DNA of 46,855 bases from Gemmatimonadota bacterium (GTDB lineage: Bacteria > Gemmatimonadota > Gemmatimonadetes > Palauibacterales > KS3-K002): NCBI GenBank assembly GCA_039586795.1, contig JBDHJS010000029.1, positions 1 to 46,855 of the forward strand, in the 5' to 3' direction. The notes beneath the pieces were generated by a model, which was not told where the DNA came from, did not search any database, and saw nothing but the letters and a program-made list of their open reading frames with translations. The position numbers were made by a program, and so were the translations under genes. Positions 9,258 through 20,566 of this stretch are shown piece by piece. Position 1 is the stretch's first letter, and each line of letters begins with the position of its first letter.

Positions 9258-10124
9258 ATGAAAGACTTTCTGGATCTTCGGCGGTTCGCGCGCAGCATTC
9301 TCAAGCAGCCCAGGGCCCGTAAAGGCCGGGTGTCTAACGTCATCTGGCATTTCGTCAGCTGGGTGGTGGTGAACATCTCGGTGACGATCATGTGGCCGTT
9401 CTGGTTCATCCTGAATCGGACGACAGTGATCGGTCGCAAGAATGTGGGGATGTGGCCCAACACGCTGCTGCTCTCGAACCACCAGTCAATGATCGACAGC
9501 ATTCCGATCGGCATCGCCGCATTCTACCCGATGTCGCTGATCAAGCCGTACATGATCCCCTGGCACCCGGCGGCGTCCGAGAATTTCTTCAAACATCCGA
9601 CTCTCGCCTGGATGTCGTTCCACTTTCGTTGCATCCCCGTGCGCCCGGGCCGCCGTGACCTGAAGGCGTTGGTGCGCATGATAGACACGCTCCCTTTCGG
9701 CACGATGTCGATGTTTCCGGAAGGCACGCGCAGCCGGACCGGCTTCGTTGAGCGGGGTCGACCGGGCGCTGGCTTGTTGATCCTCGCCACACGGCCCAGG
9801 GTCGTGCCGGTGGCGATCGACGGAATGCAGGACGTGCTGCCGATCGGAAAGAAGATTCCGAGGATAGGGAAGCGAATCTGGGTGAAGTTCGGCGAGCCGG
9901 TCGACTATTCCGAATTCTACGATCTGCCACGAACTCGCGAGACGGCACAGATGGTCGTCGATAAGATAATGAAATCGATTCTCGCTCAGCACGAAGAGCT
10001 GAGAAAGCTGCGCATCGAACACTGGGCGAAGAAGGGCAAACAGGTCGGAGATCCGTACCCGTCAGACAAATCTTTGACGCCGGGGGACAATCTCGACCGG
10101 GCGAGCGCCACGTCGGGAGACTGA
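9258..10124 (+). CDS. 1-acyl-sn-glycerol-3-phosphate (lysophospholipid) acyltransferase, PlsC family
   Basis: NHQSMID (HX4D), FPEGTRS and VVPVAIDG motifs. Start taken at ATG 9258 (MKDFLD) because the longer ORF overlaps the divergent DMT gene. Confidence 0.88.
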   Translation: MKDFLDLRRFARSILKQPRARKGRVSNVIWHFVSWVVVNISVTIMWPFWFILNRTTVIGRKNVGMWPNTLLLSNHQSMIDSIPIGIAAFYPMSLIKPYMIPWHPAASENFFKHPTLAWMSFHFRCIPVRPGRRDLKALVRMIDTLPFGTMSMFPEGTRSRTGFVERGRPGAGLLILATRPRVVPVAIDGMQDVLPIGKKIPRIGKRIWVKFGEPVDYSEFYDLPRTRETAQMVVDKIMKSILAQHEELRKLRIEHWAKKGKQVGDPYPSDKSLTPGDNLDRASATSGD

Positions 10125-10183
10125 CCCGACGGACTTCTCGATCGCTGCCACCTCTCCTACCCGAACAGCAGAGGTAAAGAAGC

Positions 10184-11140
10184 ATGCGACTCCTAATACT
10201 AATCGTCATAGCGGTCGCGTTATCGGCGTGCGCCGAGCGAGGCTCGGATGAAGCGACGGATTCGAGCGCCGGTACGATGCAGGCGATCTCGTTCTTCGGA
10301 GAGGCGCTGTTCCCACCGGAGCTACCGGCCGAACTGAAGGAAAGTCACGAATCGAAGCTGGCGGCGTCTCGCGCCGACTACGACCGCGACCCGAACGACG
10401 CCGAGAGCATCATCTGGTATGGACGACGAACGGCCTATCTAGGTGACTACCGGGGCGCGATAGAGATCTTCAGCGAGGGGATCGAGAAGCACCCCGACGA
10501 CGCCCGCATGTACCGACATCGCGGGCACCGCCACATCTCCGTTCGAGAGCTGGACGCAGCGATCGCCGACCTGCAGCACGCCGCCGAGCTGATCGCGGGT
10601 AAGGAGGATCAAGTGGAGCCGGACGGGCTGCCGAACGCTCGCAACATTCCGACGAGTACCCTGCACTCCAACATCTGGTATCACCTCGGGCTCGCCTATT
10701 ATCTGAAGGGCGACTTCGACAGCGCGCTCCGCGCCTATCGCGAGTGCATCAAGGTCTCGGGCAATCCCGATATGCTCGTGGCGACATCGCACTGGTTATA
10801 TATGACCCTGCGACGGCTGGGCCAGGAAGATGAAGCGGCCGCTGTGCTGCAGCCAATCCATGCGGATATGGACGTCATCGAAAACGATAGCTATCACCGG
10901 GCGCTGCTGATGTACAAAGGCGAGCTATCGGCGGACGAGTTGCTGGCGGAGATGATGACAGCAGACGGCGGGGTGGATGCCGCGCTCGCCTATGGAATCG
11001 GCAACTGGCACCTGTATAATGATGGCCCGAAACAGGCGGCCGAGGTCTACCGTACAGTGTTGAGTGGTCCCCAATGGGCATCATTCGGATACATCGCGGC
11101 TGAAGCCGACCTGCGGCGGCTCGTCGACGCCGAGGAATGA
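10184..11140 (+). CDS. TPR-repeat lipoprotein
   Basis: Lipobox LSAC and TPR-like helices (IWYGRRTAYLGDY, YRHRGHRHIS, IWYHLGLAYYLKGDF, AYGIGNWH). Confidence 0.8.
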   Translation: MRLLILIVIAVALSACAERGSDEATDSSAGTMQAISFFGEALFPPELPAELKESHESKLAASRADYDRDPNDAESIIWYGRRTAYLGDYRGAIEIFSEGIEKHPDDARMYRHRGHRHISVRELDAAIADLQHAAELIAGKEDQVEPDGLPNARNIPTSTLHSNIWYHLGLAYYLKGDFDSALRAYRECIKVSGNPDMLVATSHWLYMTLRRLGQEDEAAAVLQPIHADMDVIENDSYHRALLMYKGELSADELLAEMMTADGGVDAALAYGIGNWHLYNDGPKQAAEVYRTVLSGPQWASFGYIAAEADLRRLVDAEE

Positions 11141-11238
11141 CGCGAATGACCGATGCATCCTTTTTGGACCGTTTGTAGTCTAATGATCGTATTCCCTCGA
11201 GTCACACACACCACACCAGCAAAACCGTGAGGCAGAAT

Positions 11239-14200
11239 ATGCGCTACGCTCGTATGCTACTTGCCCTGGCGTTTCTGGTCGCATTCGCCGGAACGCTGAG
11301 GGGCCAGGTAGACGCGCGGATGTTGCGCCAGCCGGATGTCTCGGCGACGCACATCACGTTCGTTTACGCAGGCGACATCTGGCTGGCCCCCAAGACTGGC
11401 GGTATGGCCCAACGGCTCTCCTCGCCTGCCGGCGAAGAATCGTTCCCCCGCTTTTCGCCGGATGGATCGGTGATCGCCTTCAGCGGCAACTACGACGGGA
11501 ACATGGACGTCTACGCCGTTCCTACGATGGGCGGCGAACCGATGCGGATCACCCATCATCCGATGGGCGACCGTATGCTGGGCTGGTATCCCGACGGAGA
11601 CGGGATTCTGTACGCCTCGTCGATGGAGAGCGGCCGTCAGCGGTTCTCGCAGTTCTTCCGTGCGCCCGCCGAGGGCGGCCTGCCCGAGAAGCTGCCGGTA
11701 CCATACGGCGAGTTCGGCGCCGTATCCGCTGATGGAAATTGGCTGGCCTACGTTCCCATCCAGCGATCCTTCCGAACCTGGAAGCGCTACCGTGGCGGCA
11801 TGGCGCCCGACATCTGGCTTTTCAACCTCAACGATTACAGCTCGCAGAACCTCACGGGGAGTGATGCGAACGAATCGCACCCGATGTGGCACGGCAACAC
11901 GCTCTACTTCCTGTCAGACCGCGGGCCGAACCAGCGCTGGAACATCTGGGCGTATGACATGGAGGCGGAGACGTTCCGTCAGATCACGAGCTTCGAGGAC
12001 CTGGACATTCACTTCCCCGCCATCGGTCCGTCGGACATCGTATTCGAGGCTGGCGGCCGTTTGTACCTGCTCGATTTGGGTAGCGAGCAGTACAGCGAGG
12101 TCAACATCGACGTCGTGACCGATCTGGCGACACTCAAGCCACGAAACGAGAACGTCGCCGGCTTGATCTTCAACGGCTGGGTGTCCCCGACGGGCAAGCG
12201 CGCGGTGTTCGAGGCGCGCGGCGATCTGTTCACCGTCCCCGCCGAACACGGCCCGGTGATCAACCTGACCGCTAGCTCCGGTGTGGCGGAGCGCTATCCG
12301 GCATGGTCGCCGGACGGTAAGTCCATCGCCTACTGGAGTGATCGGTCGGGCGAATACGAGTTGACCATCCGGCCGGCCGACGGTTCGGGCGCCGAACGAA
12401 AATTGACTTCCTATGGCCCGGGTTACCGCTATCAGCTTTATTGGTCGCCGGACAGCAAGAAGCTCGCGTTCGTCGACCAGGCGATGGTCATCCGCGTCCA
12501 CGATGTCGAGTCGAATCGCACCACCGAAGTAGATCAGGGCAAGTGGATGTACCACGGCGGCCTCAGCGGCTTTCGTGTGAGCTGGTCATCGGACAGCCGC
12601 TGGATGGCGTACTCCCGCGGAATGGACAACCGGGCCGGTGCCATCTTCCTGTTCGACACCCAGAACGGTGAGCGCCACCAGGTGACAGCCGGCTACTATT
12701 CGGACTTCGGGCCGACCTTCGATCCCGACGGCAACTACCTGTACTTCTATTCGAACCGGACGCTCCGCCCGGCCTACAGCGACTTCGACAACAGCTTTGT
12801 CTACCCGAACGCGACGAACATCGTCGCCGTTGCGCTGCGCTCGGACGTCCCGTCGCCGCTGGCGCCGCGCAACGATGCAGAGCCAGTCGACTCGGGTGAT
12901 GAGGAGGAAGAAAGCGAGAACGGCGAAGAAGAAGACGGCGTAGAGATCGAGATCGAGAACTTCGAGCAGCGGTTGGTGGTGCTTCCGCCGCGTCCGGGCA
13001 ACTTCGGTTCGCTGACCGCCGTATCCGGCAAGGTGATCTTCCACCGCGGCGTAAACACGGGAGCCAACGGCAACGAGCGCCCGCTCGTCTTCTACGATCT
13101 AGGTGAGCGTGAAGAGAAGACGATCATGGGCGACGTCGACGATTACCTGGTGAGCGCCGACGGTAAGAAGATCCTGGTCATGAACAACGGCCAGTTCGCC
13201 ATCGTCAGCGTGGCGCCGGGGCAGAAGATGGACAAGCAACTACGCACGAGCCAAATGACGGCGATGGTCGATCCGCAGGCCGAGTGGCGACAGATCTTCA
13301 ACGATGTTTGGCGGATCGAGCGCGACTACTTCTACGATCCGAACATGCACGGTGTTGACTGGAACGAGATGAGATCCCGCTATGGGCCGCTCATCGACGA
13401 CGCCGTTACTCGCTGGGACGTCAACTACGTCATCGGCGAGCTGATCGCGGAGCTCAACGCCTCGCATACCTACCGCGGCGGCGGTGACACCGAAGCATCG
13501 GAGCGCCGTAACGTCGGACTGCTGGGAATCAACTGGTCGATGGAGAACGGTGCCTACCGGATCGCGGAAATCATCGAGGGCGCCCCATGGGACGCCGAGG
13601 CGCGGTCTCCGTTTTCACAGCCCGGCGTCGATGTCAACGAGGGCGACTACATCCTCGCGGTGAACGGCGTGCCGATGGACACATCGAAAGATCCATGGTC
13701 CGCGTTCCAGGGCCTGGCCGGCGCGACGGTCGCGTTGACGGTCAACGATCGACCCAGCACGGACGGCGCCCGCGAGGTGCTGGTGGAGACGCTGCGTAGC
13801 GAAACGCGGCTCCGCCATCTGGCCTGGATCGAGGCGAACCGCGCCCGGGTGGAAGAAGCCACCGACGGGCGCATCGGCTACGTCTACGTCCGCAGCACCG
13901 GCGTCGACGGCCAGAGCGAGCTGGTTCGCCAGTTCACCGCCCAATTCCACAAAGAAGGCTTGATCATCGACGAGCGCTTCAACAGCGGCGGCCAGATCCC
14001 CGACCGCTTCGTCGAGCTGCTCGACCGTCCGGCGCTGGCGTTCTGGGCGGTACGGGACGGTAAAGACTGGCAGTGGCCGCCGGTCGCCAACTTCGGACCG
14101 AAGGTCATGCTGATCAACGGCTGGAGCGGGTCCGGCGGCGACGCGTTCCCCTACTACTTCCGGGAGGCGGGCGTTGGGCCGCTGATCGGATCGCGAACCT

Positions 14201-14505
14201 GGGGCGGTCTAATCGGTGTCAGCGGCGCTCCGGCACTGATCGACGGCGGCGGTGCGACTTCACCCACGTTCCGCATGTACAGCACGTCGGGGGAGTGGTT
14301 CGAAGAGGGCTACGGTGTTGATCCTGACATCGAGGTACCCGAAAACCCGACCGAGCTGGCGCGTGGTAACGATCCGCAGCTCGAGGCGGCGATCGCGGAA
14401 GTGATGCGGATGCTGCGCGAGAATCCGCCGGTGACGGCGGACCGGCCGCCGTATGAAGATCGGACGGTGACGGGAGCCCGGCGGCGCACGAGCAACAACG
14501 AGTAG
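11239..14505 (+). CDS. Tricorn protease homolog (S41 family; beta-propellers + PDZ)
   Basis: Signal peptide, FVYAGDIW, PRFSPDG PD40 repeats, RTWKRYRGG, ELNASHTY (catalytic His), PDZ EGDYILAVNG, IIDERFNSGG and GSGGDAF (catalytic Ser), RTWGGLIG. Confidence 0.95.
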   Translation: MRYARMLLALAFLVAFAGTLRGQVDARMLRQPDVSATHITFVYAGDIWLAPKTGGMAQRLSSPAGEESFPRFSPDGSVIAFSGNYDGNMDVYAVPTMGGEPMRITHHPMGDRMLGWYPDGDGILYASSMESGRQRFSQFFRAPAEGGLPEKLPVPYGEFGAVSADGNWLAYVPIQRSFRTWKRYRGGMAPDIWLFNLNDYSSQNLTGSDANESHPMWHGNTLYFLSDRGPNQRWNIWAYDMEAETFRQITSFEDLDIHFPAIGPSDIVFEAGGRLYLLDLGSEQYSEVNIDVVTDLATLKPRNENVAGLIFNGWVSPTGKRAVFEARGDLFTVPAEHGPVINLTASSGVAERYPAWSPDGKSIAYWSDRSGEYELTIRPADGSGAERKLTSYGPGYRYQLYWSPDSKKLAFVDQAMVIRVHDVESNRTTEVDQGKWMYHGGLSGFRVSWSSDSRWMAYSRGMDNRAGAIFLFDTQNGERHQVTAGYYSDFGPTFDPDGNYLYFYSNRTLRPAYSDFDNSFVYPNATNIVAVALRSDVPSPLAPRNDAEPVDSGDEEEESENGEEEDGVEIEIENFEQRLVVLPPRPGNFGSLTAVSGKVIFHRGVNTGANGNERPLVFYDLGEREEKTIMGDVDDYLVSADGKKILVMNNGQFAIVSVAPGQKMDKQLRTSQMTAMVDPQAEWRQIFNDVWRIERDYFYDPNMHGVDWNEMRSRYGPLIDDAVTRWDVNYVIGELIAELNASHTYRGGGDTEASERRNVGLLGINWSMENGAYRIAEIIEGAPWDAEARSPFSQPGVDVNEGDYILAVNGVPMDTSKDPWSAFQGLAGATVALTVNDRPSTDGAREVLVETLRSETRLRHLAWIEANRARVEEATDGRIGYVYVRSTGVDGQSELVRQFTAQFHKEGLIIDERFNSGGQIPDRFVELLDRPALAFWAVRDGKDWQWPPVANFGPKVMLINGWSGSGGDAFPYYFREAGVGPLIGSRTWGGLIGVSGAPALIDGGGATSPTFRMYSTSGEWFEEGYGVDPDIEVPENPTELARGNDPQLEAAIAEVMRMLRENPPVTADRPPYEDRTVTGARRRTSNNE

Positions 14506-14528
14506 TTGGCTAGGCTGTAGCCGTCTTG

Positions 14529-14570
14529 ACCGGGGCGTGTCGTTGTTGACGGCGCGCCCCGGTTCTTGTT
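14529..14570 (+). terminator. Putative Rho-independent terminator
   Basis: ACCGGGGCGTGTCGT / ACGGCGCGCCCCGGT stem with G:U pairs, followed by TCTTGTT, 24 bp after the Tricorn stop. Confidence 0.65.
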
Positions 14571-14589
14571 GGTGGTTCCTCATCACTCC

Positions 14590-14677
14590 TTGGATCATTA
14601 TCGTACTCGGTCTCGTTATGGTGATGTTGGATTAAGATTACGATCACGATTACGACTACGAGCACGAGCAGGAGCAG
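14590..14677. repeat. Degenerate 6-bp-period array with inverted left arm
   Basis: 14630-14677 reads GATTAA GATTAC GATCAC GATTAC GACTAC GAGCAC GAGCAG GAGCAG. 14591-14620 on the minus strand reads CATAAC GAGACC GAGTAC GATAAT GATCCA. Confidence 0.8.
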
Positions 14678-14699
14678 GGTTCTTGGGAGAATGTGATTA

Positions 14700-17600
14700 A
14701 TGAGTGAAATAGATCCGAAGCACACGAATCGGCTGGTGGACGAGACGAGTCCGTACTTGTTGCAGCATGCGCATAATCCGGTGGACTGGTATCCGTGGGG
14801 GGATGAGGCGCTAACGCGGGCTCGGAAGGATGATAAACTCATCCTGCTCAGCATCGGCTACTCGTCGTGTCACTGGTGTCATGTCATGGAGCGGGAATCG
14901 TTCGAAGATGAGGCGATCGCCTCACAGATGAACGACGACTTCATCAACATCAAGGTCGACCGAGAAGAGCGTCCCGACATCGACGAGATCTACATGATGG
15001 CCACCCTAGCCATGAACCAAGGTCAGGGCGGTTGGCCGATGACCGTGTTTCTGACGCCCGATCTGGAACCGGTCTTCGCCGGGACCTACTTCCCGCCCGT
15101 CGACGGGTACGGGAGACCCGGCTTCCCAAAGATACTCCGCGAGGTCGCTCGCGCCTGGCGCGAGGATCGGGAGGGGCTACGGGAGCGCGCTGGCGAGTTC
15201 GCTCAGCAGATGCGGCAACGGATTGCACCCGGGCCGCCGCTGGCAGTTGGTGAAGATGAACTGAAGCGGGCGCTGGAGCAGTATCGATCCGAATTCGACA
15301 CGCGACACGGTGGCTTCGGTGGGGCGCCGAAGTTCCCTCCGGCCGTTGGTCTTCAACTGCTGCTTAGACTGCACCGCCGCTTCGGCGACCCGGAAGCCGT
15401 GACGATGGTGCGCAAGACGCTGGACGCCATGGCGCGTGGCGGCATTTACGATCACGTCGGCGGGGGGTTCGCCCGCTACTCCACGGATGAACGATGGCTG
15501 GTCCCTCACTTCGAGAAAATGCTCTACGACAACGCCCTATTGGTGAAAGCGTATCTCGAGGCGTACCAGGTGACCGGCGAGCCATCTTTCGAGCGGGTGG
15601 CGCGGGAGACGCTCGACTACGTCTTGCGCGAGATGACATCGCCCGAGGGCGGGTTCTACTCCTCGACCGACGCCGACTCTGAAGGCATCGAGGGGAAGTT
15701 CTTCGTCTGGACGCCGGAACAGATCGCCGAGGTTCTGGACGAAGACGAGGCACGCGCGTTCAACGCCTACTATGACATCAGCCTCACCGGCAACTGGGAA
15801 AGCGCCAGCATTCCCAACACACCGCGCAGCATCGACACGGTGGCCGGGGAGCTCGACACAACTCCGGAAGATCTTCAGCAGTTGCTGGACACCGCGCGCG
15901 CCAAGGTCTACGAGGCGCGATCGAAGCGGGTCAAGCCCGGACTGGACGACAAGGTACTCACGTCGTGGAACGGGTTGATGATCGGCGCCATGGCCGAGGG
16001 CCATCGCGTGCTTGGCAACGCCCGCTACCTGGAAGCGGCGGAGCGCGCCGCAGACTTCATACTGGACAAGCTGTCTCGCGACGACGGTGGCCTTTACCGT
16101 ACCTACCGAAACGGTGTGGCCCACCTGGACGGCTACCTCGAAGACTACGCTTACTTGGGCGAAGGCCTTCTCGATATCTATGAGGGGAACGGCACAGCGC
16201 GGTGGCTCAAGGAAGCCGAACGTTTGCTCGATCGAGTGCTCCTCGACTTCGCCGACGAGGATACAGGAGCGCTCTTCAACACCGCTCGCGATCACGAGAA
16301 ATTGATCATGCGCTACCGGGATGGCGCCGACGGAGCTACCCCAGCCGCCAACGCGGTAGCCGCGCTGACTCTGGCACGCCTCTCGTATCACCTTGACCGC
16401 AAGGACCTGCTGCACGCGGCCGTGCGCGCAATCAAAGCATACGGACCCACGATCTCTCGATTTCCGCGCGGCTTCGCCAAGAGTCTCATAACCGTCGAAC
16501 TCCTTCTCGACGGACCGACGGAACTTGCGTTCGTCGGAGGTCAGGACTCGGCCGAGCTGGAGGCGCTGAAGCGCGAAGTCGCCAACCACTTCCTGCCCAA
16601 TCGCATCCAGGCGGAGTTCGATCCCCAACAGCCGGGTGAATCGGCTGGTCTGCCGCTTCTCGAGGGCAAAGACCTCGTCGATGGACTTGCCGCCCTGTAC
16701 ATCTGTCGAGACTTCGCGTGCCAGGCGCCGGTGACCGACCCCTCCGCGGTGGCAAAAGCGCTCGAGGCACACGCGTTGACCGACATCGAGCCGCAGAGCA
16801 CCATCGCGATCCACCTTTCGGGTCATGCGACACCGACCGGGACGCGACGCTATAGCTCCCGCTTCAGCGAAACCGGGTATACGAACCTGGGCCGGACGGA
16901 CCTAACCGTGAGTCGCCTGGGGTTTGGCGGCTATCGCGTTCACGATCGCGACCCGCAGCACCGTGAGGCGCTCAAGAAGGCGCTCCGCTCCGGGGTCAAC
17001 CTGATCGACACGTCGACGAACTACGTCGACGGTGGAAGCGAGAGGTTGGTGGGCAGTGTGCTTCGGGAGATGATCGACTCGGGCGAACTGAGCCGCGACG
17101 AAATAATCGTGGTCTCCAAGATCGGCTACCTGCAAGGCACGACCCTCGATACGGCCCGTCAGCTGGAAGAGAGCGGCTCACCCTATACGGAGATGGTGAA
17201 GTACGAAGAAGGCCTCTGGCACTGCATCCATCCCGAGTTTCTGGAGGACCAGCTCCAACGTTCGCTCGACCGCCTCGAGTTGGAGACGCTAGACTTCCTC
17301 TTGCTCCACAACCCGGAGTACTTCCTGTCGTCCGCTGATCGAGAGGGGCAGTCACGCGACGCGGCGCGCGACGAGTTCTATCGGCGATTACAGAGCGCGT
17401 TCACCTTCCTGGAAACGCAGGTCAGCGATGGCCGCATCGCCGGATACGGCGTCTCGAGCAATACCGTGGTCTCCCCGACTTCCGCCGTCGACGAAACATC
17501 ACTGGATCGCATGTTGGATGCCGCGCGCGCGGCCGGCGGCGACGAGCACCACTTCAGGGTACTTCAGGCTCCTCTCAACCTGCTGGAAGCGGGCGCCGTG

Positions 17601-18314
17601 ATGGAGCGCAAGCATGGGTCGGACGGTGGCCAGACGGTTCTCGAGGTCGCCCGGGATGAAAGGATCGCCCTGCTGGTGAACAGGCCGCTCAACGCGTTCG
17701 TCAGCGGCCGCCTGCTGCGATTGGCAGACGCAGAAATCGAAGCCAGCGAGATTGACTTCGAGGAACAGCTCGGACGCGTCGCCGACCTGGAGTTCGCTTT
17801 CAGTACAGAAATCGCGCCGAAACTCCAGTCAGCCCCCGACTCGCTCGACCCTGGCGAGTACTTCCGTCTGTCCCAGCGACTGAAGGAGATCCAACCGGCA
17901 ATCACGGGCACCGCACACTGGGCACAGGTCGAGGCGCAGCTCAACATGACGGTCATGGCGGTGGTCAATGTCCTCAACCGTCAACTCGAAGGCGAGCTTC
18001 GCGATCGTTGGATCGAATGGCGCGACAGCTATCTGCCGGAACTGGAGGACCTGAGCCGAGCGCTGCGACGCCAGGCAGCCGAGAAAACCAGAGCGATCAA
18101 CGTAGCGTTGACGGGTGCCATCGACCCGTTGCTACCCGAGGAGCGTCGCGGGGAAAGCTTGTCGCGGAAGGCGCTATGGATCTTGATCAGCACACCAGGC
18201 GTGACGAGCGTGCTGAACGGTATGCGTCGGGTCGAGCAAGTGGACGACTCCGTCGGAGTCCTTGGTTGGTCAGCGCTGCAGTCGGTGCAGGAACTCTTTG
18301 AAGCAGTGAAATAG
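14700..18314 (+). CDS. Fusion: YyaL/SPATA20-type (DUF255 thioredoxin + alpha/alpha toroid) protein + aldo/keto reductase domain
   Basis: N-terminal part: [88 protein letters not shown]-terminal part: [62 protein letters not shown]. Confidence 0.9.
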   Translation: MSEIDPKHTNRLVDETSPYLLQHAHNPVDWYPWGDEALTRARKDDKLILLSIGYSSCHWCHVMERESFEDEAIASQMNDDFINIKVDREERPDIDEIYMMATLAMNQGQGGWPMTVFLTPDLEPVFAGTYFPPVDGYGRPGFPKILREVARAWREDREGLRERAGEFAQQMRQRIAPGPPLAVGEDELKRALEQYRSEFDTRHGGFGGAPKFPPAVGLQLLLRLHRRFGDPEAVTMVRKTLDAMARGGIYDHVGGGFARYSTDERWLVPHFEKMLYDNALLVKAYLEAYQVTGEPSFERVARETLDYVLREMTSPEGGFYSSTDADSEGIEGKFFVWTPEQIAEVLDEDEARAFNAYYDISLTGNWESASIPNTPRSIDTVAGELDTTPEDLQQLLDTARAKVYEARSKRVKPGLDDKVLTSWNGLMIGAMAEGHRVLGNARYLEAAERAADFILDKLSRDDGGLYRTYRNGVAHLDGYLEDYAYLGEGLLDIYEGNGTARWLKEAERLLDRVLLDFADEDTGALFNTARDHEKLIMRYRDGADGATPAANAVAALTLARLSYHLDRKDLLHAAVRAIKAYGPTISRFPRGFAKSLITVELLLDGPTELAFVGGQDSAELEALKREVANHFLPNRIQAEFDPQQPGESAGLPLLEGKDLVDGLAALYICRDFACQAPVTDPSAVAKALEAHALTDIEPQSTIAIHLSGHATPTGTRRYSSRFSETGYTNLGRTDLTVSRLGFGGYRVHDRDPQHREALKKALRSGVNLIDTSTNYVDGGSERLVGSVLREMIDSGELSRDEIIVVSKIGYLQGTTLDTARQLEESGSPYTEMVKYEEGLWHCIHPEFLEDQLQRSLDRLELETLDFLLLHNPEYFLSSADREGQSRDAARDEFYRRLQSAFTFLETQVSDGRIAGYGVSSNTVVSPTSAVDETSLDRMLDAARAAGGDEHHFRVLQAPLNLLEAGAVMERKHGSDGGQTVLEVARDERIALLVNRPLNAFVSGRLLRLADAEIEASEIDFEEQLGRVADLEFAFSTEIAPKLQSAPDSLDPGEYFRLSQRLKEIQPAITGTAHWAQVEAQLNMTVMAVVNVLNRQLEGELRDRWIEWRDSYLPELEDLSRALRRQAAEKTRAINVALTGAIDPLLPEERRGESLSRKALWILISTPGVTSVLNGMRRVEQVDDSVGVLGWSALQSVQELFEAVK

Positions 18315-18330
18315 AAATCCGAGTGCCGTT

Positions 18331-18684
18331 CTACTTCTTGTGCTGACCCGGTCGTCCGGCTAGCGAGACCATCCGATCTACGGACTCCTTCATCTCATCG
18401 CGCAAAGCCTCTACGGCGTCCGTGTCGTTCAACAAAGCATGCATGTTCAGTTTGCGCGCCATGTTGATGAAGAACTCGATCTCAGATCGGAGGCCGACGT
18501 ACACCCGGCGGTTCGGCAGCATGCGGTGCCCGACTCGATAGACACCCAGGCCCATGAAGGCGATGCCGACAAACACGAGGACGAGGGGGGTCCACGACTC
18601 GGGTTCGAGCAAGGCTACCGGCGTGACGATGATCAGCACGCCAGCGATGATCATGATCTGGTCGATCGCGGAGCGGACGGACAT
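18331..18684 (-). CDS. Small hypothetical membrane protein (2 TM + helical tail)
   Basis: AGGAGAG RBS upstream, two hydrophobic helices, typical codon usage, fills the gap between convergent/co-oriented neighbours. Confidence 0.7.
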   Translation of the reverse strand: MSVRSAIDQIMIIAGVLIIVTPVALLEPESWTPLVLVFVGIAFMGLGVYRVGHRMLPNRRVYVGLRSEIEFFINMARKLNMHALLNDTDAVEALRDEMKESVDRMVSLAGRPGQHKK

Positions 18685-18812
18685 CCGGCTCTCCTGGCAG
18701 AGATGGCGCTGTGGCGGGCTGCTCCCGACGCTGTCCCAGCGTCGGCCGCTTTTCCAAGCCTAAATCTAGCAACCAACGGCGCGATCAACCACGCCCGATG
18801 ACCGACGACCGG

Positions 18813-20429
18813 CTAGCCCCCGGCGCGCGGCGCCGCCGCCTTGACCTCGTCCGCGACTCCGTCCTCGAACCGTTTGAAGTTCTCGACGAACATCGCCGCT
18901 AGCTTCCGGGCTTGTTCGTCGTAAGCCTTCACATCATCCCACGTCCCTCGGGGCTGTAGCACCTCGGCCGGAACGCCGGGCACCGCCTCCGGCACCGCGA
19001 TGCCGAAGACCGGGTCTTCCTTCATGGGAACGTTGTCCAGCGAGCCATCGAGCACGGCGGTGATCATCGCCCGGGTGTACGGCAAGCTGATCCGCTCGCC
19101 CACGCCGAAAGGCCCGCCACTCCAGCCCGTGTTGATCAACCACGCGTCTGTCTTGTGTTTCTCCATCCGCTCGCCGAGCTGCTTCGCGTAGACGCTAGGG
19201 TGCAACGCGAGGAAAGGCGCACCGAAACAGGCGCTGAACGTCGCCTGCGGCTCGGTCACGCCGCGCTCGGTGCCAGCGACTTTCGCCGTGTATCCTGACA
19301 GGAAGTGATACATCGCCTGCGCGTTGGTCAGCTTGGCGACGGGCGGCAGCACGCCAAACGCATCGGCGGTCAACATGACGATCGTCTTCGCGTGCCCTGC
19401 CCGGCCGGTCTCTGACGCGTTGGGGATGCTGGTCAGTGGATAGGACGCCCGGGTGTTCTCGGTGAACGCATCGCTGTCCAGGTCGAGGACTCGAGTACGC
19501 GTGTCGATGGTGACGTTCTCGAGGATGGTCCCGAACATGCGAGTCGTCGCGTAGATCTCCGGCTCCGTCTTGGGGTCCAGGCGAATGACTTTCGCGTAGC
19601 ACCCACCCTCGAAGTTGAACACGCCCTCGTCACTCCAACCGTGCTCGTCATCTCCAATCAGTGTTCGATTCGGATCGGCGGACAACGTGGTCTTTCCAGT
19701 TCCGGACAACCCAAAGAAGATGGCAACGTCGTTCTCGTCTTTGCCGTAGTTGGCGGAACAATGCATGGAGAGCACGCCCTGCAAAGGAAGCAGGTAGTTC
19801 ATAACCGTGAACATCGACTTTTTGATCTCACCGGCGTACTGCGTTCCACCGATGATCGCCTCGCCTCTACCGAAGTGGAGCAGCACGAAGACCTCGGACC
19901 GCGTTCCGTCCAGGTCGGGGTAAGCGTTGAAGCCGGGTGCGTGGATGACGTTGAACTTGGGGACATGCCCGGCCAACTTCTCGGGGTCACGCTCGAGCCG
20001 GAACATGTTCCGGGCGAACAGCTTGTGCCAGGCGCTCTCCGTTACGACGCGGATCGGTACCTGCGTCGCCGGGTCGGCGCCGACGAAGCAGTCCTCGATG
20101 TAGAGATCCTTTCCCTGCAGATACGCCGTCAGCCTTGCCCGCACTGAGTTGTAGCGGTCCTCTTCAAAGGACGGGTTCACCGCATCGTTCCACCAGATGT
20201 TACCCTCGCTGGACGGCTCGCGGACAACATACTTGTCCCTAGGCGAACGGCCGGTGTACTGGCCGGTCCTGACGACCAACGGGCCCTGCTGCGCCAGCAG
20301 CGCTTCGTGGCGCTGCAGGGCGTGCTCGTAAAGGGCCGGTGTATTCAGGTTCCACCAGACCGTGTTGACGTTGCGGATACCCAGCGCTTCGAGACGCTGC
20401 TGGCCCTCGATCCGTCCCTGCTCTTCCAT
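18813..20429 (-). CDS. pckA: Phosphoenolpyruvate carboxykinase (ATP)
   Basis: [63 protein letters not shown] and FSACFGAPF. Confidence 0.98.
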   Translation of the reverse strand: MEEQGRIEGQQRLEALGIRNVNTVWWNLNTPALYEHALQRHEALLAQQGPLVVRTGQYTGRSPRDKYVVREPSSEGNIWWNDAVNPSFEEDRYNSVRARLTAYLQGKDLYIEDCFVGADPATQVPIRVVTESAWHKLFARNMFRLERDPEKLAGHVPKFNVIHAPGFNAYPDLDGTRSEVFVLLHFGRGEAIIGGTQYAGEIKKSMFTVMNYLLPLQGVLSMHCSANYGKDENDVAIFFGLSGTGKTTLSADPNRTLIGDDEHGWSDEGVFNFEGGCYAKVIRLDPKTEPEIYATTRMFGTILENVTIDTRTRVLDLDSDAFTENTRASYPLTSIPNASETGRAGHAKTIVMLTADAFGVLPPVAKLTNAQAMYHFLSGYTAKVAGTERGVTEPQATFSACFGAPFLALHPSVYAKQLGERMEKHKTDAWLINTGWSGGPFGVGERISLPYTRAMITAVLDGSLDNVPMKEDPVFGIAVPEAVPGVPAEVLQPRGTWDDVKAYDEQARKLAAMFVENFKRFEDGVADEVKAAAPRAGG

Positions 20430-20566
20430 GCGAAACTCTCCCCTCGGCGGTCAACAAGAACGGGTAGGATGCCTTCAATCAGGACGCAGCGCAACCGGCC
20501 AGTGCTGCTTCGCGATGGTTTAGAGGGCGGGGATGATAACGGAGCCGACGACTACCTGGGGTAAAA

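Noticed and set aside
14510..14854. 114-aa minus-strand ORF with a hydrophobic LLLLVLVVVIVIVIL stretch
   Set aside because: The apparent TM segment is just the translation of the hexamer array, and the ORF overlaps the YyaL start antisense.
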